In this document: one piece after another, positions 1 through 11,960 of the stretch
Layout: every line of letters begins with the position of its first letter
Numbering within the stretch: position 1 is the first letter of the stretch
From: Enoplolaimus lenunculus
Lineage: Eukaryota
Assembly (NCBI GenBank): GCA_030248215.1
Contig: JASANG010003525.1
Span: 1-64,000, forward strand
Length of the DNA stretch: 64,000 nucleotides
Reading direction: 5' to 3'
Notes under the pieces: model-generated
Databases searched by the model: none
Told to the model about the DNA's origin: nothing
The model's input: only the letters and a program-made list of their open reading frames with translations
Program-made: the position numbers and the translations under genes

Positions 1-553
1 TAGAGAGTAAAATATACTGTGAAGCCACAGAGAGTAAAATATATGGTGAAGCCACAGAGAGTAAAATATAAGGTTAAGCCACAGATAGTAAAATATAGTG
101 GAGAAAATATATGTTAAGCCAAATGAGAATAATTAAATATAGTGTGAAGCCACAGAGAGTAAAATATATTGGTGAAGCCACAGAGAGTAAAATATAGTGG
201 TGAAGCCACAGAGAGTAAAATATATTTGGCAGAGAGTAAAATAGAAAGAAATATACTGTGAAGCCACAGAGAGTAAAATATAGTGTGAAGCCACAGAGAG
301 TAAAATATATGGTGAATTGCCACAGTGAGTTATATAAAAAATATAGTGTGTTAAATTATACTATGAAGCCACAGAGAGTAAAATATACTGTGAAGCCACA
401 GAGAGTAAAATATATTAGAATGGTGAAGCCACAGAGAGTAAAATATATTGTGAAGAAACAGAGAGTAAAATATAGCTGTGAAGCCACAGAGAGTAAAATA
501 ATTGGGCTGAAATATGCTCCATTTTCTGGTGAAGCCACAGAGAGTAAAATATA
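1..553. repeat. Satellite/minisatellite, ~27-30 bp unit with core GTGAAGCCACAGAGAGTAAAATATA
   Basis: Core recurs more than a dozen times with 2-8 nt variable linkers; the ORFs here are repeat translations (KPQRVKY, IFYSLWLH). Confidence 0.9.
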
Positions 554-3500
554 GTCTGTCCATTTTGACGATTTTCTAGTTTTCACAATGTTTTGTGGCG
601 AATTTAATTTTGGAAACAGAATTATGTGAAGATTGGGTTTCATTGGTCAATTAATTTGATTATCACTCTGCAGTATGTAGTGCAAAGCAATATCCTTTTA
701 GGAGCTAAAATGTTAAATGTGTAGAAGAATGAAGCCAGCAAAATTGAGTGAAACTGTATGTAATAATGCATGAATGCACAAAAATAACTAAAATGAATAA
801 TTTAAAAATTTGTTATATGTATGCAAGAAAATTTTGTACAATTTCAATACATTTTGAGGCTGAATTAGAGCAATGAGAGTAAAGTAATTGTATATGTATA
901 CTGAGGATAATAATTTATGCTTAGGCATAGGCGTGTATTAAATGGTGTACTTATTCACCAGTCTAGGTGATTCTGGGTTTCTAATGAATGGTTAGCTTGG
1001 AATTTAGTGTAGGATTTTGATACATTTTTATTCTGTTTAAATTCTACATATGTATGGACACTTCGTTATTCTTAAACCTATTAAATTATGGTGAAAATAT
1101 ACTATTATGATTCCAAATATAGATCAATATATGTTTATAATGGATAGGTGAATCTATAAATTAGAATTTAGCATGTATTAAATTACACTTTTTAGCTATG
1201 TGAATTTATCAATTTATTCATTTAGTGACTCTAATGAAAATATAGTGGGAATTTGATGCTACATTAGAATTTAGGTGCAAAAATTATGAACATTGTACGG
1301 GTTATAAATTATTCTAATAAATATACTGTATTAGCTATAGTGGGAATTTTATTAAATATATTTAATGAATTTGATAGAAAAATTAGAAATTGGGAAACCT
1401 AAACTTTGAAAACTTACCTTAACTCATGTTGAATTGGACGTATCAAATATGTCAAAATTAAACATTTAACACAAAAACTGAAACACAACTGGCAAACATG
1501 AATATGGTTTATGAGATTGTTAGAATACTTTTTGGCTTATAGTAGAAAAATTCAAAAGTCTTTGCTTAAGCATGTTATTTCAAATGTTGATCTACTAAAA
1601 ACTACTTTTGGCCTTTATAGTAAGTGAGTCCGGATTGTGCCACAATGTTGTTTGTATTTATTTAAACATCTGGATCAAATCAAATTGCATGTCTGCAACA
1701 AAGTCCAACTTACAAAATATTATCTTAGGCAACACCCTTTTTTGAGTAGCGTATAATTTTGATCACGTAGGCCTAACTTCTCCGTTATGTATTATGTGTG
1801 ATCACTTACTGAACTATATGTGTACGGGAAAGTGACAATGATGCATTTTGGTCAGCGAAATATAGAGACGCTATAAGAATCTTATTATTGTGTTTCCATA
1901 TTTTTATTTAGTGTCTTCGAAAGTAGTTATGAATTTCAAACGTAATATATAACGTTAAAATGAGCCTAAAAAAGTTTACTTTAAACATTTTACGCTTCGT
2001 TTTTGCTGCCAAATTTGAATTGAACATCTTATCTGCAGCGAATACAACGCTCGTCAGGGGATGAAATTAAATAAACAAATAAATACGCAAAAAAAGATGA
2101 AATCAAACCAAAAAACGATACATATTTATTTATATATATATATGTATGTATAATGTATATATATATAACCAGTTGACGGGAATAATAAATATAATACCCC
2201 AAATTTCAAAAAAAAACCAAAAAGCTAGACTAGCTAAATACCTTCTCCTATTCTAAATTGTGAAAAACATTAGTTTTTCGCTCTACGCCAATCGCTGCAA
2301 ACTTTCATCAGGTTAAAAGGATGTTACACTAGGCTGTACATTGTTTGAGTTTGAGAAGGATTTTCCCTGTTCTCCAATACAGGCATATACCAAAGAACTT
2401 TTAGGTATATAAACTGAAAAATTGACTGTCAGGAAACAGTAAGTTGTACGTTTTTGAACTTTTGAACATGTAAATAAATGACAGTTGTTACTCTGTAAGT
2501 TAGTTATTATGCTACCAATTTACAAATAAACTACTTTTCTGCGTAGTGTATATTTGGTTTTTGTACTTTATGACAATTTCGCGTTTAACCATTCAATTGT
2601 CGGGCTCTTCTGATAATTCGGATATGAATATTCCGGATATGTTTCCGAAAATAAAATTCCAGAATGTTTCAAATTCAGCCATGTGATAATAGTTTCAAAT
2701 ATGGGCCAGCAGTAATAGCATAATTCTAAGCCTAAGACCAAAGCTAAGCCTAAGCCTAATGTAAGGATGAGCCTATCCCTTAGCCAAGCTAAGTGAAGAA
2801 GTATTAGTGAAAGCTTAAGCTGACTCTATTAGCTGTGCAATAATTTCGCCTGTTAGTACGGTTCAAGTTTAGTAGGAACTTTGAGTTCATATACCAATTG
2901 AAATTATCAAATAGTGTATAAAGTTCTGTGAATGTTACTGAGACTTAGTGAGGATGTTAGACTTTACTGTACATCAAACTATAATACGTTTATTCTAGGT
3001 AGTCTAACTAAAATCTTTAGTGTACATTAGGTATTAGCTAGAATGAATCTGTGAATCTGATAGGTAGTCTAGGTATTATTTGGCTTTTTATAATTGGGTA
3101 CCCTATTAATGGTTGTTACATTAGAATTTTGGTTACTGAAAATATACAATTGGGAAAAATATACTTATTCTAGGTAGTTGAATCTGTACCCAAATGTTAA
3201 GTATAGTGTAAATATAGTGTACATTAGAATTTTGAAACTAAAATATGTCTAACTTTTGATGTATTATTTGGCTTGGTGTCATGATTCTATTGGTGACAAT
3301 GAATGGTTATACTTCACCTACTATTTGCTTAATGGACTCTTATTAAGACTCCACCTAAGTGATTGGGACTCAGTAGCCTACTGGGCTACTTAATATATTA
3401 CTATATGTGTATTATTTTTGTACAATTTCATATACTAATAATTGCAATTCATGTATGTAATCCTTCAGCTGTTTGGGCCAAATATTAAAATATGTGACAG

Positions 3501-5059
3501 AAACTTTTAGATATTCTCACATCAGCCTTAGAGTTAGGTAATACATAGCCTAAGCCTACTGAATGGACTATATAATTAGACAATATTTGACATTGGCCAA
3601 GCGCTAGAACTAATGGAAAATTTTTGCTTATATTAAGCACATGTACCTATGAGGCTGCAAAATGTATTGTGGACTGCAGCACCATATTAAGCTTATTACT
3701 ATTTTTGTTTAGGCTTAGTTTAGTGTAAATTAATGTGTAAGGCTTACAAATAACTTGCAAAAGTCATAGCTTAGTAACTCTAATATTAATTTTAGTAAAA
3801 CTTCAATGGCTGGACAGGGTGATGTTAGAAATTTCTTAAGTTCACTAACTAAATGTAAATTTTGGAAATTTATAAATTTACCACGAACTTTATAAATTTA
3901 GTCTATAGTAAATATAGCTAGCTAGACGCTCCATGTATCTCGTTTAGTCTAAACTAAAAATATGTAAGGTTTAAATTGTGTTTAAATTGCGTGTTAGTTT
4001 AGTTATGATAAATATCAATAAATATCAACTTAGGCTTAAATCAAGTTAGTTTATGCTTTTTAGATGTTATATGATAGTTATGTCCGTTTGCACACAATGG
4101 CCTGAACTTATATAACTATGAAAAAACAGGCGTAAAAGGAATTAAGTTATGTACCTTTTACGCCTGTTTTTTCATATTATAAGTTCAGGCCAGTGTATGC
4201 AACGGGACCGTAACTGTAGTATAACCGTACTTTCTAAAAGCATAAACTAACTTGATTTAAGCCTAAGGTAATTCGACAGTATTAAACTAACTTTGTAGAT
4301 TAACTAAACTAACACGCAGATTTACGCTTAAACGCATTTTAAAACCTTACATATTTTCAGTTTAAACTAAACTTAACGAATACATGCAATTTCTGGGCTG
4401 CACTTGTTACTTATAGACTAAAAATAAGTTTACTTAAACTCGTGGTAAACTTAAAAACATGGGCCAAAACACGTTAGTTTAAGTAAAACTTAAAATTCTA
4501 GTTTAGTTAGCCTGTCCAGCCATTGAAGTTTTACTAAAACTAATATTCAAGTTTACTTAAGCTATAATTTAAGTTTAAGCTTTTGAGAGTATTTGTAAGC
4601 CTAAGCCTACGCGTTAACATGAGCTTACACTAAACCTAAGCCTAAGCCTAAACAAAAAATAGTCTAAAGATAAGCTTAATATAGTATTGCAGTCCCGCAG
4701 AAATACGTTCCGCGCCTGATCGTTACATGTGCTTAACTTCACAGCAAAATATTTAACGTTGAAGACTGTAGCTGAAAATTTTTCCATTCACAAATTTCTA
4801 GCGCTTGGGCCAAGTGTGTCAACGACCCGAATATTAGTTCAACATAACAATTTTGTCTAATTATATAAGTCATTGCGTAGGCTTAGGCTCAGGTGTAGGC
4901 TTATCCTAACTCTAAGGCTAAATGCTGAGGAATATTCTAAAACTACTGTCACGGTGTTGTTTAATACTTTGGGCCGAAACAGCTTGAAGAATTTCGCTGT
5001 GCATGAATTCAATTATCGTGTTATGAAATTGTCGGATGATACGGCGTCATCGTGAGATA

Positions 5060-5488
5060 CTGTAGTGACCCGAATAAGAGGGGTAGTTAGAGGGTCCCCA
5101 TTTTGAGTCCCAATCATTAGGAGTCCGAATCTCTAATAAGAGTCCGTAAGCGGATAGCGTTCCTAAACCATAATTAGAGTCCATAACCGTCAAGTATCAC
5201 AAACTGTGGTGCATAAATGACACCAGCACCAAATAGAGTGAGTTCGAAACTTTAAAACATATTTAAGTTTCGAAAGTACGTTCTTAAGCATAACCTTGCA
5301 TTATTGCTTAAGCGTTTGATACAAGACAATTCAACTTTCAGTTGAACGGATCATTGTAATACCGAATATATATCAGTAACGAAGGGCGGATTAAAAATAA
5401 GTAACAATCCGTAATCGAAATAACATAGGGGTGCCCTCTGGAGAGGCCAAATAAATATCAGTCTTCCCTCGTATTCGGGTCACTACAG
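5060..5488 (+). mobile_element. MITE family A (TIR CTGTAGTGACCCGAATAAGAGGGG, TA flanks; Tc1/mariner-like)
   Basis: Terminal inverted repeats, TA on both sides, and a shared internal sequence with seven other copies in the window. Confidence 0.85.
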
Positions 5489-5741
5489 TACGTCTTTTCG
5501 CGATACCTATGTCACACTAAAGATTTTAGTTCAAAATTATTTATCACAAGGTCATCCTGTAGTAGAACGTATTATTGGTTTGCAGTGTTTTTAGTCAAAA
5601 ATCTTGACATCATCATCCAAGGTTTGAAATATAAATCATAATAATTTTCAGGATTTGAACCTTATAGAAATTTATTTCAAACACGTTTTTATTCAGATAA
5701 AGTCTGTGATATAAGCTTAAATTTGCTGCTTTTCAGAACTT

Positions 5742-5943
5742 GGACCCATGTATAGAACAGGCCGAATCGTTTGCCGGCGGGGCTGTAATAGAGTCACTTT
5801 AAGCTTTAGGCTAACTGTTTTGCTTAGGCTTAGGCTTAGGCTAAGGAATAGGCTCATCCTTACATTTAGGCTTAGGCTTAGGTTTAGACCTAGGCTTAGA
5901 ATTATGCTTATACTACTGCTGCGGCCCTGTTGTACACATTGGA
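5742..5943 (+). mobile_element. MITE family B carrying TTAGGC repeats (GG..CC ends, 8-bp TSD; Merlin-like)
   Basis: Ends GGACCCATGTATAGAACAGG and CCTGTTGTACACATTGG; flanked by CAGAACTT on both sides; internal GCTTAG runs. Confidence 0.75.
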
Positions 5944-8471
5944 CAGAACTTGTTCGATGCCGCATGGTAAACGGACATCTGGATATATATTTTATTTCGG
6001 ACATATCCGGATATTTCTCATATCCAAATTCCCGGATATCGGAGCCCAACTGTGTAAAAATAAATCGTTAAAGCTGGCGAAATTGCTAGTAAATTACCAA
6101 AAACCAAATATACCGCCTTACCTTGACTAAATAAAACCACAGAAAAGTAGTTTTGTTGTAAATTGGTAGCATAACGTACAGAGTAACAACTGTAACTTTG
6201 TTTACATGTTCAAAACTTCAAAAACATACAACTTTACTGTTTCCTGACAGTCATTTTTCAGTTTATATACCTAAAAGTTCTTTTTGGTATATGCTGTATT
6301 GGAGAACAGGGGAGTAGCCAGATTTGAACTCCGACATGTACAGCCTCGTGTAACGGTGTTTTAACCTGATGAAAAAGTTTGCAGCGATTTGGCGTAGAGA
6401 GCGAGATATTAATGTTTTGGCAATTTAGAATCAAGAAGGTTATGTTTAGGCTGGTACAGTTTTTTGGTTTTTTTGAAATTTGGGGTATATACATTTATTA
6501 TTCCGTGCAAATTGGTTATATATATATACATTATACATATATATACATTATACATACATATATATATATAAATAAATATATATATCGTTTTTTGGTTTGA
6601 TTTTCATCTTTGCGTATTTATTTGTTTATTTAATTTCATCCCCTGACGAGCGTATCTATTCAGTCCAGATAAAATGTTTAAAAAAGACAGGTTGAATTTG
6701 GCAGCAAAAACGAAGCGTATAAATGTTTTAAAGTAAACTTTTTAGCTAATTTTGACGTATATCCTACGTTTGAAAATTCATAACTACTTCGACACTAAAT
6801 AAAAATATGGAAAAACAGGTGTGAAAGGCAAAGTAAGAGGGCTCTATACTTGTCGTGTAACGACGTCTGTTCGCTGGCACCGTCCGTCACTGTCCGTTCC
6901 CGTACGGTATCGTTCGTGAGTAAATTCGCACGATACCGCGCCATGACGGACGGCGCCTTACGTGATCAAAAGTATTACGCTACTCAAAAAAGGTGTTGCC
7001 TAAGATCGTGTTTGTCAGTTGAAGCTTTTGCTTCAGATATAAGCATGCGATTCAATTTTGATCCAGAGATGTTTAAATAAATCCCGAAGCAACATTGTTG
7101 GCACAATCCGGACTCGTTGCTAGCTCAGCCTGCTTGAAGGGCCAAAATCATTTTAGGTAGAGTAAACCGTTGAAATAACATGCTTACAAGCGGAGCTTGA
7201 ATTTTTCTACTGTGGGCCAAAATTTGTCTAAGGAGCCGATCTCCCTAGGACCATCTGGCTGTTTGCCCAGCAGATTGTGTTTCGTTTGTTTAAATGTTTA
7301 ATTTTGACATATTTGATCCAGTTTAGATACAACATGAAAATTAAGGTAACTTTTAGAAGTTTAGTTTCCGATTTCAAGTTAATTTTCTGTCGAAGCTGGT
7401 AAAATGTAAATGAAAGAAACCAATTAATAAAACAGCTTATAGCTTTAAAATCGAGTATATTTATTAAAGACACGATAAGTTTATTGTGACCCGTTCAAAA
7501 TGTTGACGATATTTTGGCCTAAGGAATTGAAAATAATGTTAAGCGTGGCGTCGAAGTCCGTAGCCTGCTCAACTTGCTAGAGTTCGCGTCAAAAAATAAA
7601 TAAAGTGATTGCGGTGAATTCGCGTGGCTTAAAAGTGGGTCTACAACATTTCTTCAGAGGGTAAAATTTTTTTAAGATTTATTAGAGTCCCTTCCAGCTA
7701 TCCGGCTATAAGGACGTCTAAACCTAGAGTCTATATTCAAAAATGCATAATAGCATCTAACACAAGGTAGTAATAGGTTTTAAAAATAACGAACTGCTGC
7801 CATTGCATATGTCAAAATTTGAACAGAAGTAGAAATGTATCGAATACGATAAACGTGCTAAATTGCAAGCTTCACCATTCCATTTGGTTCGAAAGTTAAT
7901 ACAAGACCAATCACCAACTGGTAATAGGTGCTACACACATTTGAGAATACGGGCTCAATGCCTAAGCATAAATTATATCCTCAGCTGTGCGTGTGCAACA
8001 TACTTTTCCCGAACGGATCTCATTGCTCTAATTCAGCCTCGAGATGTATTGAAATTGTACAATTTTTCTTGGTGCGTGCGTTTTTACACGATTTTTAAAT
8101 TATTAGTTTGAGGTTGTCTGTTTTTGTGCCGTTAATACATATTAGTGCACGCTGCAATTTTGTGCGCTTCATTCTTACACATTTAACATTTAGCTCCTAA
8201 AAGGATATTGCTTGCAAATTGACTACATCTGCAAGTGATGATGCAAATTAATTGACCAATGAAAACCCAATCTTTCACATAATTCCTGTTTCCAAAATTA
8301 AATTCGCCACAAAACATTTGTGAAAACTAAAATTTGAAATGAAATGTTTTGGTAAAAATTCACAACATTTATTATTTAATATTATATTTCGCTTGAACTG
8401 ACCAAAATACGCAAGTAAAACTGCCGTGAATTAACTGTAAAAAGGTACACTTTTGTCCAAATTGTCTTATT

Positions 8472-8662
8472 GGCCCATGTACAGGTCAGGGGCGGAACGT
8501 TTTTCTGCATCACTGCAATACAGTATAGTTTAAGCGTTAGACAATTTTTTGCTTAGGCTTACGGTTTAGGCTTAGGTATAAGCTCATTTTAACACTCAGG
8601 CTTAAACTTAAGCTTATGAATATGCAAATACTATCGTTTCGACCCTGTTCTATACATTGTCC
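8472..8662 (+). mobile_element. MITE family B copy
   Basis: GGCCCATGTACAGGTCAGGGGCGGAACG ... CCCTGTTCTATACATTG with internal GCTTAG repeats. Confidence 0.7.
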
Positions 8663-8763
8663 GTTTTATGCATGAATTGTTAACTTCAAGTTTCTACGGC
8701 AACATCTGCATAAGCCGTTTCGTCCATAATTGTCTTCAATTGCCTGAAACAAATATAAGTTAA

Positions 8764-9037
8764 AGCCCTATTCACACGTGTAAGGTTTTGCCGCGAGAAC
8801 TTGCAGCTACGAATTGCACGCAGAACCTACATTTTTCAACAGCCAATGAGAGAGCGGATGCAATTAATTCATTGAACTTGCATGGTTATTCACACATATG
8901 AACTAAATTGCCAGCTTTGATTTTTAATGAATTATTTGCAGCTGCAAATTTTTCGAACGGGATTTCCGCCCCAACTTGCAGGTGCAAGTTGCAGCTACAA
9001 GTTCTCGTAGCAAAAACTTGCACTTGTGAATAGGGCG
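8764..9037. mobile_element. Palindromic MITE with TAA flanks (PIF/Harbinger-like)
   Basis: GCCCTATTCACACGTG...GAGAACTTGCAGCT mirrored by AGCTACAAGTTCTC...TGTGAATAGGGC; TAA at 8761-8763 and 9038-9040. Confidence 0.75.
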
Positions 9038-9358
9038 TAAGACATGTGTTTACATAAAGTTCACCATTGCGTTTTGGTATTAATCTATCGGAATGGAATC
9101 AAGTTTAAACCAGGCTACTATTTTATAGGTTTAGGTTTATAGACTGGTCAAAAATTATTTATTTATGCTCTATAGCTGTTCTCAGAAGCAAACATGACAA
9201 AATGGTGTGCACAGGTTAATTCTTTATAGTTCATACGCGTTGTAAAACAGGTTATGAATGGTATAAGCTCGAACTGCTATACTGTGATATTGTCGAGTTG
9301 AAAAATCTTTTATGGCAAAACGAAAAACAAATGAACTACAAAGCCAAAATATTAAATA

Positions 9359-9795
9359 CTGTAGTGACCCTAGTAAGGGAGAACTGCTAATTATTTGGCC
9401 TCTCCAGAGGGTACCCCCCGTTATTCGGTCACGAACTGTTAGTTATTTTTATCCCGTCCTCCGCCACACTTCGTTCGCATATATTCGGTACTGCAACTAT
9501 CCGTTAAATTAAACTTTTATTTGTCTTGTGTCAATAGCTTGAGTGATAATGCTAGGTTAAACTAAGGAATGTACTTTCAAAACTTAAGTACACTTTAAAC
9601 TTTCGAACTCAAATTATTTGGTCCTCAAGTCATCTACGCGCTACAGTTAGGAATAATTGACATTTATGGACTCTAAATAGGGTTTAGGGACTCTATTTGC
9701 TTACCGACTCTTATTACGCATACGGACTCATATTGATTGGGACCCAAAATGGGGACCCCCCCTCGTATTACCCCCTCTTGTTCGGGTCACTACAG
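9359..9795 (-). mobile_element. MITE family A copy (inverted)
   Basis: TA-CTGTAGTGACCC ... TTCGGGTCACTACAG-TA; interior is the reverse complement of the 5060-5488 copy. Confidence 0.85.
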
Positions 9796-9833
9796 TACAA
9801 AACGAAACTATTCTGCAATACTCAAAAACGGCT

Positions 9834-11900
9834 TTACCCTGTTGCAATCGCCCAAATTATCGGAATAAATGCAGTTACAGTGAAAAATATTAACAATGCA
9901 ATCAGCGGAAACGCCATGGGATGCCAGCAATGACCATTCACTTTGACATGGTGTTTCTGACATTCTGAAACAACAGCAAGTTTAAATTAGTAATTATTAA
10001 ACGAGGCCGGAAACACTGTATCATGGTACTTTAATGCATTCAAGCCATGATGATACACATTTATTTTGCTGAATCAAATGTGAAATTAGACTAAGTACAT
10101 ACTTCGGTCCATACTTCAATAGAAACGAAAAGGTAAGTTGAAAAGTTCGACAGCACGGAAGGCGTTTAGCATGACAACTTGACTATAAGTGTTCTACAAA
10201 AATTTAAACTTATATTATAGCTACTTCAATAGAAACGAAAAAGTAAGTTGAAAATTTCGACAGCACGGAAGGCGTTTAGCATGACAACTTGACTATAAGT
10301 GTTCTACAAAAATTTAAACTTAAATTATAGCTACTTCAATAGAAACGAAAAGGTAAGTTGAAAATTTCGACAGCACGGAAGGCGTTTAGCATCACAACTT
10401 GACTATAAGTGTTCTATAAAAACTTAAACTTAAATTATAGCTACTTCAATAGAAACGAAAAGGTAAGTTGAAAATTTCGACAGAACGGAAGGCGTTTAGC
10501 ATCACAACTTGACTATAAGTGTTCTCTAAAAACGTAAACTTAAATTATAGCTAAATGGCTGGACAGACTAACTAAACTAAAATTTTAAGTTTCAGTCAAA
10601 CTGACGTGTTTTTAGTTTAACACGAGTTTAAGTAAACTAATTTTTAGTTTAAGTAACAACCGCAGCAGTGTGTCTAAGAGTTCATTAAGTTTAGCTTAAA
10701 CTGAAAATAAATAAGATTTTAAATGAGTTTAAGCGTAAACTTACTAGCTAGTTTAGTTAATCTAGAAAGTTAGTTTAATACTGGTGGATTAGCTTAAGCA
10801 TAAATCAAATTAGTTGAAGCTTTTAGAGAGTGGTTTTAAGGAATATCGTGCAATGAAGCATAGCAGACCGGATATATTTTAAAACCCCTTAGACCGCTAG
10901 TGTTTTTATTACAGTTTCGGGCGCCCGTTTAATATTCACTAACCTCTAACAGTTGTATCAAGATGAGACAATTCTAATGCAAGCTTCCGAATAAATTCTG
11001 TAACAAAATTTCGAAAGCAAAAGGTTAAAAAAATGTCTCAACACTGCAAAAAATGGTGAGTCAAATTGACTCCCTCCGAAATAGGCTTTTCCGGACTACA
11101 CAAACTGAGTCAAAATTTGACACCGCCGGAGTCGAATTCGACTTAATGAGTCGCTCAGTGAGTCAAATTTGACTCAGGCGGAGTCGAATTTTGACTCACT
11201 TTGTGAGTCCGGAAAAGCCTATTTCGGGGAGAGTCAATTTGACTCACCATTTTTTGCAGTGAACCCTGTGTCTGATGCTGTCGTAAACTCATTAGACACA
11301 GGCGATGGTACTTACTTCATACTGCTTAAGTAGTCAAAGTGATTGCAATAATTATAACACCAAAAAGTTATGCTTTATTTTTAGCAATCTTGATTCTTAA
11401 TGCCCATTTCAAGGTTAGTGGCGGAATGTTTCCCTGCGAGACTACTATAGAATAAGCTTAACCTTTTGATTAGTTTTGCATAGCCTTAGGCTATAGGGAT
11501 ATGCTAATACTGCTGTTACGGCCCTGTTCTATGCATTGGTTCCTTTTGGTTTTAAAAAAATTGCACTGCGCTTCCAGAACTTAGCTTGAACGATAACTCA
11601 GAAACCTTTTACGTATCGAGAAAATTTCAACTTTACAAAATAGACAGCCGTTGCGTTGACTTTGAGGAAATCCAATTTTGGCACCAGGGTCGGAAGATAT
11701 AGTAGGACGTTAACGTTCGTAATAAGATCTGCAAATTACTGAAACTTATTTTTGAACAAATATTTAAATGCTAGTAGCTACAAGTTGCTGATTTGGCATG
11801 AATTCAAACTCAGCCAAAGTATTATTTATATGAAGTATGTAGTCTAGCTTGTCTTACCATCTTTTGACATGCTAGTTGTAGTAGACTTTGTTGTTGTTGT

Positions 11901-11960
<60 letters not shown>

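Larger units (their letters stand above)
560..8330. repeat. Giant inverted duplication centred at ~4146; left arm degenerate
   Basis: CAGGCGTAAAAGG (4127-4139) pairs with CCTTTTACGCCTG (4154-4166). 581-660 is the reverse complement of ~8240-8328, and ~2030-2480 mirrors ~6195-6680. Confidence 0.9.

Noticed and set aside
1..553. CRISPR-like array (repeat with variable linkers)
   Set aside because: Linkers are only a few nt and not unique spacers, the context is eukaryotic, and there are no cas genes.
5717..6071. ORFs rich in LRLRLR / LSLSLS
   Set aside because: Translations of TTAGGC repeats inside family B MITEs.
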